Shown here one piece after another: positions 1 through 11,492 of a DNA stretch of 64,000 nucleotides (its first letter is position 1; each line of letters starts with the position of its first letter). Position numbers and translations under genes: made by a program. The stretch covers positions 119,970,001 through 120,034,000 of the forward strand of contig OX597814.1 of the NCBI GenBank assembly GCA_951406725.2, written 5' to 3'. The stretch comes from Octopus vulgaris. Its lineage: Eukaryota. The notes beneath the pieces are model-generated. The model had not been told where the DNA came from and searched no databases. It saw nothing but the letters and a program-made list of their open reading frames with translations.

Positions 1-322
1 CCAGGTCTCACTCCATTTGATTTTCACATGTGGAGTTATACAAAAGAGGTGTACAAGACAAAACCTCCCACACTAGAGGACTTGAAGACACGGATTTGGG
101 AGATTTTCAATGATATTCCAAACGATGTCCTGCAGAAGGTTGTTCATTCCATCCCTGACCGTTTGAGGAAACTGACTGACGCCACCGGTAATTACGTTGA
201 AATATGAAGATTTCTTTCATGTTTTCCATGCACCATGTATCATTGTCTTCATTAAATTTGTAAAAAGGAATATGGATTAATACCAATTTTTAAGGCATAC
301 TTACTTTTCATCCACCCGTTAT
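1..322 (+). mobile_element. 3' end of a Tc1/mariner-superfamily DNA transposon (transposase C-terminus plus probable right TIR), cut by the window edge
   Basis: Frame 1 (1-207) reads PGLTPFDFHMWSYTKEVYKTKPPTLEDLKTRIWEIFNDIPNDVLQKVVHSIPDRLRKLTDATGNYVEI*. This matches the SPDLTP.DF.LWG..K..VY..KP.T...LK..I C-terminal motif. A TIR-like 'ttttcatccacccgtta' precedes the (TA)n tract. Confidence 0.8.
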
Positions 323-323
323 G

Positions 324-356
<33 letters not shown>

Positions 357-477
357 ATTTGTATATGTGTATATGTGTGTGTGTGTGTGTATGGGGGAAG
401 AAACTAATAAAATGCACATTAGGTATAATAGTAATGGCTTTTTAATAAAAGCAATGATATATACATACATATAAATT

Positions 478-635
478 ATTTGAGGTGGAATGAAGAAGTA
501 TACAAGTCATTATTATGAGTCACAATAGAAAATTGATTCAAAGTCAGTGGTCAGCTCTAACGAAACCGGCATGACTTTGACTTTCTGTAATGGCTCATAA
601 TGATGATTTTTCTATTTCTTAATTCCATTTCAAAT
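478..635. repeat. Imperfect inverted repeat / hairpin (small MITE-like remnant)
   Basis: Left arm atttgaggtggaatgaagaa...tcattattatgagtca...caaagtca is the reverse complement of the right arm tgactttg...ggctcataatgatga...ttcttaattccatttcaaat. Confidence 0.6.
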
Positions 636-799
636 CATTTATTTCTATTTATATATCTTTGTCTTTTTTATCGAAAACATCATTACTTTTATAATTGATG
701 TGCATTTTCTTTGTTTGATTTTAGTTTTCCACTATCTATACTACGTGTAGTATATTTTCTCTTTGAAACCTGTTTCTATTACATATGTATGTGTATATG

Positions 800-902
<103 letters not shown>

Positions 903-1016
903 ATATTTCGGAATGGTCATATTGCCAGTTTAGCCAATAAAAACACACGCACTATATATTTGGTGTTATTTTGCTTCAGTGATATTTATTTTTTACATTA
1001 ATCTTAATCTTATTTC

Positions 1017-1061
1017 GGCCAAAGTTCTTTCGTCACACTCCTGTGACCGCATCAGTGGTCC
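1017..1061 (-). ncRNA. Variant minimal type I hammerhead-ribozyme fold in pLTR (copy 1)
   Basis: Minus strand GGACCA CUGAUG CG GUCAC AGGAGU GUGAC GAAA G AA C U U UGGCC: stem I CCA/UGG, stem II GUCAC/GUGAC, 2-bp stem III. The canonical A9 is replaced. Confidence 0.65.
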
Positions 1062-1564
1062 TTTGTTTTCTTCTCACTTACTTGTGTCTCTCCTTACTAA
1101 CCGTCAGCCATTTTGTATTTCTATTGTATGTCTTCATTTGCGCATGCTTATATCTCTATGTGCGTCTATGTTTATTTAGTGTGTGTGTGGGGGGGATGCC
1201 TGTAATATTTGTATCTTCTGGTTATATACATTCTTGTAATTTGTATTTTGTTTTTGTTGTTGTTGCTTTTGTTCTAATTTTGTTCATGTGTTTACATCCA
1301 CCCATTATTATCATTACATATGCTTGTATGTATGTATAACAACAATATTAGTAATAATAATAATAAATCTAATCGAAAAAAAAAAAAGAATATATATATA
1401 CATATATATATATACATACATATACATATATATATATATACATATATACACACATATATACACATATACATATACATATATATACACATATACATATATA
1501 TAGATATTCATTTCTATTTCTTTAATTACCTGTGTATTTATTATGTTTGCAGGATCCACTATTG

Positions 1565-3441
1565 TCATATGTTGTGGTGTGCGCTATTGCTCCATTCTAG
1601 TTTTCTATTCAGGCTAGGTTTATTTTCTATTATATGTGTAGCTTCTGTAATTTGTCTAATTGTTGCATCTGTTCTATGTGTGGACAATATCTTAATCTCT
1701 ATGTTATTGATTGATCCCCCATGTTCTTGTTCGGCGTGTTGGTACAGAATCGATGAGCTTTTACCTTCCTTGAGTTGTCTCCAATGTTCATTCACCCGCT
1801 CACCAATGCTTCTTGCAGTTTCCCCTACGTATGTTACTGTCTTGTTACTGCATCGTCCCTCTATACATCTTATACTATAGACCACATTTCTAGCTTTACA
1901 GTTTGTTTGTGGGCTAAATCTACATACAGTGCAATAGTTATCCGTACAGAGAGTTCTACTAAAAGGATAGGTTCTACCAATTATAGATCTGATAGGGTTG
2001 CCTGGCTTTTCAACAACCTTAATTCTTAGTTTAAGTTTATCTAGGGTCCTTCTAAAGCGGTACGCTAGTTCACCTCCAGGGGTGGTGTCAACGAACATGA
2101 CACTCTGGTATTTATGGCTATCATACCAAGAGTTGGCCTTCCCTATTTTCTTTTTTGTCCTTTCTATAGTGTTCCATGACTTGTTCCTATAGAGTGGGCA
2201 AATCCCATTCCTATCATTACATAATATATTATCAAATTTCTTCATGGCTCCTTTGTATACTCTGATCTTTCTTTATGGCTGTAACCTGAGAACTGCATGC
2301 GGTGAATGAAATACTGTATGTGTCTCTTTAATTCTGTAGGCTCGCACATGCGTGACACATTTCTCATTATTCTGACGAGGTCTGCCATCAAAATATTGAA
2401 TTTGGCATTGCCCGCAATGGCTGAGTTCCGGTGGATCAGGTATTTTGAGGCCATAGGTTTTGCATAGTATGAATGAAGGATTTGGGTTTTATTTTTCACA
2501 ATTTCTAGCCAGAGTTCAGTGTCTAGTACTGGTAGTCTATGGTTGGGGTGTTTAGTGGGGTAGTCTATTGTGACCTTAATACTCTGGTGGATGGAGTTAG
2601 CTATTTGCTGGATGCTCTCCATAGTATTAGTTTCTATTACTATATCAACATTACTCTCTTGTGGGGGTGCCTTTACTACTATATTGATATCATCAACATA
2701 GCGAGAGTACATGTTTACGAGTATGGATTTCTGCAGTAGGCATTCTTTAAGCCTTCTGTCCCACTATACCATGAAGAGGTTGGCCACATCACCAGCGATA
2801 CTAACACCGATGGCTGCCCCCTCGTCCTGGGCATATATTTTATTATTAAATTTAAATGTGTGGCCTTTTAGGGTAACTCTTATACTAGCTCCTAGTGCAT
2901 GTGCGATCATTTTCTTTACCTGATGGACATTTGCGGGGCTCCGTATGGCTCTGGTCCATCCGCGCCATCTTTCTATATGTGTCTTCCTAGCCATAGAAGT
3001 AATTGTAGGCGGTCTACCTCTTAAACATCTACTGGGGCAGAAACTACTAAGATTATGTTTATCTAAGTATTCACTATTATATGTCAGTCTAAGTAGGAGG
3101 CCCAGTTCTTCTGTGTCGACATTACAGAACTCCACCTGGCTCTCGTTGATCATCTCCACGCACTTCTCCACTGCAAAATCTACGTCAATCGATGGGTATA
3201 GGGATACCACATCCATGCTACCTACTATACATCCTGTCAAGTCACAAGTTTTGTTACAGTCACTGATCCTGCTTAGGAGATCTTCTGTGCTGTCATACAC
3301 ATCAGGTGACATCCTGATTATAGGGCGTATGATCATTGAGAGAAAGTAGGAGATTCTGTAATTGCTAGCGATATTCGCTCCACAGACTGGTCTTGTTGGT
3401 GGTCCTGCTATAGGGTCAGTAAAACCTTTATGGTCCTTGCG
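1565..3441 (-). pseudogene. PLE reverse transcriptase + C-terminal GIY-YIG endonuclease, disrupted by one nonsense codon and one frameshift
   Basis: Motifs RKDHK..GPPTRPVCGA, GSMDVVSLYPSI, GAAIGVSIAGDVANLFMV*WD (TAG at 2764-2766, likely from TGG), YSRYVDD, LPVLDTELW, MQFSGY. A 1-nt frameshift near 2265 restores ERIRVYKGAMKKF. It continues VMFVDTTPG, a Cys-rich linker, then [25 protein letters not shown]...RQITEA..I..NKPSLN. This joins ORFs 2764-3336, 2242-2712 and 1565-2245. Confidence 0.93.
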
Positions 3442-3631
3442 AAATAAGATTAAGATTAATGTAAAAAATAAATATCACTGAAGCAAAATAACACCAAATA
3501 TATAGTGCGTGTGTTTTTATTGGCTAAACTGGCAATATGACCATTCCGAAATATAACAATATCTGTTTCAACACACGACTTCACAAAAAAATCTTGCACA
3601 ACAAATATTTAAACGTATATATATATATATA

Positions 3632-3766
3632 TATATGAATAAATAAATGGAGTTGAACGTTTATTCCTTTGGGATAAAACCATGTTGTCTTCGAAACATA
3701 TGTCGAGAGTAAAGGAATTTTGTTAACATCTTCGTTCAACTCCATTTATTTATTTATTCATATATA
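3632..3766 (+). mobile_element. Short PLE-type pLTR remnant with inverted termini and the 3' half of a hammerhead
   Basis: atgaataaataaatggagttgaacg / cgttcaactccatttatttatt inverted repeat enclosing cGAAACATATGTCgagag (GAAA + palindromic stem III + GUC). Confidence 0.55.
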
Positions 3767-3923
3767 ACACACAAATTTCAGCACATGAACCCGGAGTTTC
3801 TACCCTTGGATAGGTCGCTTCAACCGTGTTCCTGACGCGAATTTGCTACCCTGGTATCGGTTCATCGAATTTTCCATGTTGACGGTAAACATAGTATAAT
3901 TCATTCACTTATCGAAATATCTA

Positions 3924-3987
<64 letters not shown>

Positions 3988-4736
3988 TTATTAGAGGTAA
4001 TGGTGTGAGTACGATCCAAAGGAGTCAGGTAATGCTGAGAAAGTACTATGGATAGACTATAGTTAAGCTCCAGGTTTGGTGATTATGTGAATAAGGAGTC
4101 CGACGCTGTTCATATATCGGCATGTGTATATATAAAAATTCAGAATGAGATAAAAAAACAAGGATGTGAAGATTTTAGAACATTGATAAATAGAACATTT
4201 ATAAATAGAAGTTCTTTCAGCTATTCTATTTATAAATATTCTAAGCCTTATTATCATATTCGTTTAAGGAAAACGCAGTCTACTCATTTGTGCGCAATGT
4301 AGTTACCCTGTCATTTACATTCTAAATTCTGAAATATCCTTCAGCGATTTACTACTTAAAATACCTAACCTTCTGTTTCGCCTAAGATAAGTTTCACTTC
4401 TGACCATTGGACATAAAAGTAAACATCTCATTATTTATCTTCCCTATATCAATTTTACGCCAATTCACTGGGAAAGTTGCATCCATTCTGCTCTATTATC
4501 TTTCCAACGCGGTTTCTATTCTTCATACCGCGTAAGACTAATATAGATTAAAAAGGTAAAAGAATTACAGATTTTTTGCTTAATGTTTATACTGTAACAC
4601 CGACAAATTACATTTCGAAATGAATACATATCACAAGTTCTAAGCGCGCGCACACACACATAAAGGTATGTCCAATAACATTATACTTGTTCCACATCCT
4701 CGCGTTGTGTTTACTCTTTGTTCACGTTTGGATTAA

Positions 4737-4774
<38 letters not shown>

Positions 4775-5211
4775 TATGTGAAATCGTGTGTTGAAACATA
4801 TATTGTTGTATTTCGGAATGGTCATTTTGTCAGTTTAGCCAATAAAAACACACGTACTATATATTTCGTGTTATAAATTACACGAACGTATATAAACAGA
4901 AGATACACATATTACAGGCATCCCCCCCACACATTAACTAAACATAGTCGTACATACAGATATACGCATGCGCAAATGAAGACACATACAATAGAAATAC
5001 AAAATGGCTGACTGTTAGTAAGGAGAGACACACAAATAAGAAGGAAGAAAGCAAAGGACCAATGATGCGGTCACATGGGTGTGACGAAAGAACTCTGGCC
5101 GAAATAAGATTAAGATTAATGTAAAAAATAGATAATGCTGAAGCAAAGTAACACCAAATATATAGTGCGTGTGTTTTTATTGGCTAAACTGGCAAAATGA
5201 CCACTCCGAAA

Positions 5212-5222
<11 letters not shown>
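4775..5222 (+). mobile_element. Solo pLTR of the same Penelope family (4876-5222, + strand) with an inverted 5' segment (4775-4875)
   Basis: 4876-5222 is the reverse complement of about 897-1242. 4801-4873 is the reverse complement of about 5150-5222. Flanked by (TA)n on both sides. Confidence 0.88.
5056..5100 (+). ncRNA. Variant hammerhead fold (copy 2)
   Basis: GGACCA AUGAUG CG GUCAC AUGGGU GUGAC GAAA GAAC UC UGGCC. Stem II is intact with substitutions only in its loop; CUC triplet; C3 changed to A. Confidence 0.55.
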
Positions 5223-5274
<52 letters not shown>

Positions 5275-7689
5275 CTTTCCCGTTAATGTATGGCGTAATT
5301 TTATAAGAATTGTAAAATTAACAGCAGGTTGCAGTAAAACATTGTATAGAATGTTTTCCAAATCTATGCGTGATTTTTTTTTTTTGTGCATTCTTCCAAA
5401 TTCTAACTTATTCACTTTTGGTTTTACGCATGGGAGAAAATATATCGATTTATTGTGAAAAGCAGAGAATGAGAATACTAATCATTACAGGAATACATTA
5501 ATTTAAAATCACAAACCAGGATGATCCTTCCGTTTCAACATAGTATACTCGTAGATTTGTATACGTAGCAAACATATGCATTTATCTGTTGTAAGCTTTC
5601 AAATAATATTAGTTAATAGGATATTCAAAATCACAGATAAAATTTACACTTCTTCTATGACAATGTTACAGTTTAATTTAGAAAGAAATGTATTCAACAT
5701 AAATGAATTCACTGGGTCATATTAAGTGTCTAATTGAAGTAGTGTTTTTGTAATGAATATAAAATTGCAATTTAATGGCTCCATTTACCGATCAATACCT
5801 TTTGGTGTGTCCATATTATTCCAATAGGTCCTCTGTAGGATAATTATGATATTGATTTTTTTTCGGTACGCATTCGTGCACTGATGAAAATGCTGTATGA
5901 AAAAAGAAAGCGATTAATTGAAGTTTTTCTGAAGTCATCGAAGTTAACCAAGCGAGATGTAGAGGAGACTGGAGGAATCCAAAGGAACTGAAAGTCATAT
6001 TACGGGTTAAAGTTTGAAACAATTAAAAAAGAAAGAAAACAAATATCCACATTAAAGATTCAATGATAAAATAATAGGAACTACCAGAGGCTACTAGTTA
6101 CATACATCGTATAATATGTAATCAAAATCTAAATAACTTATTTTATGAATCAGAACCATATTTATTCTTTTCTTACTTTGGTTAAATGAGAGTTCATACA
6201 ATGTATCGATAGGAGTTGATAACATCGGTAATTTATATTTATGTATGTGTGTAAATGTATTGAACTATCTGTGAGTGATGTGGGAGTAGGTGAAAAATTC
6301 ATTGAGGGAGAATAAAGTAAAAATGAATATTGGTTGCCAAAGATAATCTGATAAAGATCTGGCCTTTTTAGAATGATTGAATATTGCGTTAAAATTGAAC
6401 TCAAGGGCAAAGATGATTTTAAATAGAAGTTTCATATGAAAGGTCATGAGAGAAATACCAATCAAAAACTTTCTTCTGAAATAAACCGAATGATATTGTG
6501 TGAAATGTAAACAAACAGGAAGTTAGACAATCGGGGATATACCAACATAATCTATCGTTATCTTACAATTTAATTTGTATTTTGAATGTCAAAAGGTTGG
6601 CGTTTCTCATGTGTAAAGAACGCTTGTATTCGAAATATGGAAATACAAATGATAAAATATCTGAAGTAAAATTAAATAAGATAAAATCTGGTACAATCTA
6701 GAAGAATTAACTAAATACCCTATTTTTTAATATCAATACTTTCTATGTCAAAATAATTCGATGTGTTGGTATTATTCTCGTGATCCCTTTGTTACAGTAT
6801 ATAGAAATCGCAGTCTACAGTGACTGTAGAATAACATTGTTTTCACATCGAAGTGGAAAGGAATACTCACTGCTATCGGGGCAGAGTTGGTTATCCACAA
6901 CTGTGTCCCCCGCCCGAGTCAGAGTTCTGTGCTTATCCCTCGCCAATGCTCTGGAACAATGCGCTATCCATTTTGTCCACTGGGGTAAGGAGGCCGAGAT
7001 ACAAATTTCTTTTAGATATTACTTGTTGCTTATTGTTTTATTTTCATCACCCTTGACGGACATTATATCTAATTATGCAATGCGGTAAGCGATGTTAGAA
7101 ACACTTTAGGTATCAGATCTATTTCAAATAAAACAGTTAATAATGTTGTTTTTCTTATAGTTTTCGCTTAAGAAATTTTGTCCTTTATTAACCTAATATT
7201 TTACGAGCTACATGTTAGATATAGCAACTTCAGCCACACTTGCTCAAAGTCATTTAAAAATGATGAAATTCAAGTTCAAATTTCATCGGATCTTACATAA
7301 AGGTAAGATAATCATGGTTTGGATATTTCTGATCGATATTTTACTCAATTAGGGGTTATTTAGATCTAAACAACACCTTTAACAACCATAACATTATTAT
7401 CTTTAGTAGAATGTACTAGACACACGAACTTTAGTAACCACCAGTCTTTGAGAAAATATATCAATATCAGCCTTAATAATTTAATATCGCTGCCAAAAAT
7501 GACAGATTTCTGATTAATCAGAACAAGTCGTTAATTGCTTTATTTAGTGAACCCATTTGTGACAGATATCGTGACAATATGGATATCATCATCTTTCTTA
7601 TTTTGAAGAAACAAAAATGCAGGATAGGGAATATGTCATCCAACATGCATAGGTGTGTTTCTTTAACACGCACAATCTTAAACGCCACT

Positions 7690-7968
7690 ATATATGTGGT
7701 ATCTGTTTATTTACGTACAAAATGTCCCCGGGAAAACCTTATTTTCGAGGTACCGATTTTAAGACGTGGCTAAATAACAGACACATTTTGTATCAATTAT
7801 CATACATCAAGTATCAATTAATGTAATTCGTACTAACTTAGAAACAATGCTATTACAAAATGATGTAATAATGAAATATATTCATGCAAGCTTTAGTAGA
7901 TTTTGGCCTTCTGAAATGGTGTGAAAGAGCAACGTTTTATGTCAAGTAGACTTGGTAACATATTCGTA

Positions 7969-8058
<90 letters not shown>

Positions 8059-8671
8059 TGGGCTTAGTTCACTGGTAGCCTAAACGACTAGTTACACTAA
8101 GTGCTATGATTGGTCGCCAGTTAAGTTCCAAGTTCACAGCTGAGGCTGGAGCTAGGGATCAGGATTAAGCTTCCGTATTAACAGGTATATATGTGACATC
8201 TGTATATTTACGTACAAAATAACCTTATTTTCGAGGTACCGATTTTAAGACGTGGCTAAATAACAGACAAACTTTGTATTATTTAACATATAAAGAGAGA
8301 TGGTCATGCATCAATTATCAATCAATATATTTCGTACTACATTGTCATTATAATGTCTCTGAACAACTTGAAATCACGCTAGTAAAACGGACAATTACGG
8401 CGAACAATCATCCAGACTGCTTGCTGGTGTCATCATTTTGAAGTCGGGTCAGTTGAAAACATTGATCAATTTCCAGCGTAAGCCATTAACTGAAATATAA
8501 TAATTGTTAACAATGGATTTAATAATGATTTCTAACTTAGAAACAATGCTATTACAAAAGGATGTAATAATGAAATATATTCATGGAAGCTTTAGTAGAT
8601 TTTGGCCTTCTGAAATGGTGTGAAAGAGCAACGTTTTATGTCAAGTAGACTTGGTAACATATCCGTAACAC
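7690..8671 (+). repeat. Local tandem duplication (copy A about 7690-7972, copy B about 8187-8671)
   Basis: Shared blocks 'aaccttattttcgaggtaccgattttaagacgtggctaaataacagaca' and 'taacttagaaacaatgc...gtagacttggtaacatat.cgtaacac'. Copy A lacks a roughly 195-bp internal segment that is present in B. Confidence 0.9.
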
Positions 8672-9029
8672 TTCAAACGCTGCTTCAGATAAATCAATAA
8701 ATATGTAAATGAATTATTTATCTCACATATTGAAGACATCATTGATCCAAATATCAAATGTCTTAATTTGATTAGTGTTTCATTATTAACAATATTTATC
8801 TAAACTACATCTTATTCTGCCATTATAGTTGGAAGACGAAGACAATATTTTGAGACACAAGGTTAGTGAGACTGATGTGATAGTAAATATTTTGCAGCAA
8901 AACGTAAGGTAAGAATTATGCTTAGTATCAGGATGCTAAGAAACTAAGATATGATCGATCATATTTCAGTTTGTCATATACGAATCAGTTGTGAGTAAAT
9001 GTGCCCCCAAAGAGAGCCGCCACCACCAT

Positions 9030-9395
9030 ATTTATTTTGTAAAACCCGTTCTGTCTGTCTGTCTGTGTGTGTGTCTTCTAGGATCTCGGGCATCCTCCAT
9101 CCGATTGCGCTCAGATTTGATATGTAGATACCGACGGTATCAGGGCGTGTATAAGTCTTGCAGAAATTACAAAAATCGATCCCAGGTGAGAATGCGATGG
9201 ATAAAGTGAATAAAATCGTTTTTCTTTGGAATAGAAAAAAGTCTATCTTTATTTCTTATTTTGCTGGTGCCTCAAATTTAGGTTAAATCAATGTTTCTCA
9301 ATGGGGAGGCCTATGGGGCGGTCGGACAAGTTGTTTGGAGAAAATTTGGTTTAAATGTTTGACAACTCAGCACCGTCCATTAGAAGGGGGTAGTT
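9030..9395 (+). mobile_element. Possible non-autonomous Helitron/Helentron-type element
   Basis: 5' (tctg)n/(tg)n run followed by 'catccgattgcgctcagatttgatatg', a layout typical of non-autonomous rolling-circle elements. The termini are degenerate. Confidence 0.35.
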
Positions 9396-9806
9396 TTGCT
9401 TATATATATATATATATTTCAGATAGAAACAAATATAGTGATGTATAACAGAACTTCCTTTGGTATGGATGGCTACATCACTAATTGCATTATCCTCCAC
9501 TGTCCTTCATTATTCGCCATAGTCGCTTAACTGGTGGCACAAGACGCAAGAAGACGCTGTAAATTTAGATATAGGACTGGCACTGAGTTTGATGCTTAAT
9601 CGTTATATTCATATAATATGATGGGAAAATATTATTTCAATTTCTTGATATACGCAGCTAATACAGATCAAATTATGCTAATTATATATACAATGTGGGA
9701 GAGGGCTTCCATGTAGATGCTCAGAATGTTAAAAATAACAACTGACCTATTTTCAATTTACACATTACTATTTTCCATCTTAGCAATGATACCATATATT
9801 GAATAA

Positions 9807-9880
<74 letters not shown>

Positions 9881-10873
9881 ATATACATACACACACATGT
9901 TATTCAATATATGCTGTCATTGTTAAGAAGGAAGATAGTACAATACATATATATATACATATTCTGGAAATTAAGGGATAGTCATAGCCGGAAGTGTAAT
10001 CCAGTCAGAACTTATCAGGTATGAACAAAAACAAAAATAAAACCAACACTATCAATATTTTGGGGAAATTCGTTATTGAATATCTTTTCAGAATATATGT
10101 AACAAGTATTGGTTTAGAACAAAACGCATTATCATTTGCTTGAAGGTCAATAATATATAAAATAATAAAACAAATACAGTGAACTATCAAGTTGTAAAGG
10201 AATCCGGAAAAATGCACTTTTGATAATATTTCATGTACGACTGAACAAGCTGAAGACAATTTATATACAACTAAACGAAGACGTATTTTTCGACATAACA
10301 TTCTACTTCTAAAGGACGTTTGTAATATTTCCTTTTGTTATTTGCCATTTACACAGGAAGGCTTTTAACAAACAGATTATTTCACACAAACCTGTATTCT
10401 CAAGGCAAATTTTTACCTTTACGCTGAAATACTTCTAGCTATCGTTTTCAAAATGTAGTCGCATTTGCATGAGAAAATATATATAAATGTACAGGGAATG
10501 TAGAAAAATAAATTAGATTACACGAATCACTTCATTTCCTCAACTAAGGTTAGCAGGATTTTCAATAAATAAATGTAGGAACAGCAACATGCTGAATAGC
10601 TACCGAACGGGAACACTGATACAATTCGTTTGTGAGAAATGATGTACGCATGATGAAGAGTTAGTAAGCATAATACTCTAAAAGATTTAAATATTGTGCT
10701 TCTTTTTTATTGCATATATTTGCATTCCCTCTATTTGAAATCTGTAAATCAAATATCAGGAATTGGACTGTTCTGCCATTGACCGTCAAGTCATGCAGAA
10801 CAGTACTGCCTTTCGGGATTAAGTTACGTTGAATTGAAATTTGAAATAACTGACTAAAAACAGAAGATACACT

Positions 10874-10911
<38 letters not shown>

Positions 10912-10916
<5 letters not shown>

Positions 10917-11007
10917 GAAGAATTCACGAAAAAAAAAAACAACAGACGAAGACAGGTGGTATAGAAAACAAACAGATGTATTAGTATAACACACAGGAAT
11001 TGAAAAA
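10912..11007 (-). mobile_element. pLTR fragment related to the 17382-17592 element, inside (TA)n
   Basis: gggaagaattcacgaaaa...agacgaagacaggtgg..aaaacaaacagatgtattagtat..cacaggaa aligns with the reverse complement of about 17500-17592. Confidence 0.65.
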
Positions 11008-11056
<49 letters not shown>

Positions 11057-11169
11057 CACACACACAGAGACACACACACACATACACATGGAATCTCCGT
11101 GTTGCAGACGACATGGACGGACGAATGTACAGATTGCTGAACGATTTGAACTATGGGTTTACTTATAGT

Positions 11170-11492
11170 GCTGAAATGTATGTGCTGGTTAAAATGTTGG
11201 ATTCACAATCATGTGGTAGTGAGTTCAATTCTCCGACCGGGCCGTGTGTTGTACTCTTGAGCAAGATTCATTTCACGCTGCTCCTGTTCACTCAGCTACA
11301 GAAATAAGATGCAACGTCAATGGTGCGAAGCTGTATCGGTTTTTGCCTTTCCCTTGAATAACAGCAGTGGCATAGAGAGGGAAAATTGGTAAGCATAATC
11401 AACTTTACCCACGCTTGTGCCTCAGGGCGGGAAAGACCTTTCCATGTGCAATCGCATGGCCATTCATGACCGAAGGTCGTCTTTACCTTTAA
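11170..11492 (+). mobile_element. tRNA-derived SINE
   Basis: A-box-like tggttaaaatgttgg, B-box-like gagttcaattc, central 'tcttgagcaagattcatttcacgctgctcc.gttcactcagct' shared with the 13203-13457 SINE, and a tttaccttt tail. Confidence 0.7.

Noticed and set aside
1500-1570. Possible SECIS element after the Penelope ORF (AUGA...AAA...GA on the minus strand)
   Set aside because: The spacing and helix do not fit a canonical SECIS, pairing is not preserved in the 51.8 kb copy, and the ORF has no in-frame UGA at Cys positions.
6780-7088. 102-aa ORF in a GC-richer patch
   Set aside because: No recognisable domain. The minus strand faintly resembles a decayed L1 zinc-finger end, too weak to call.
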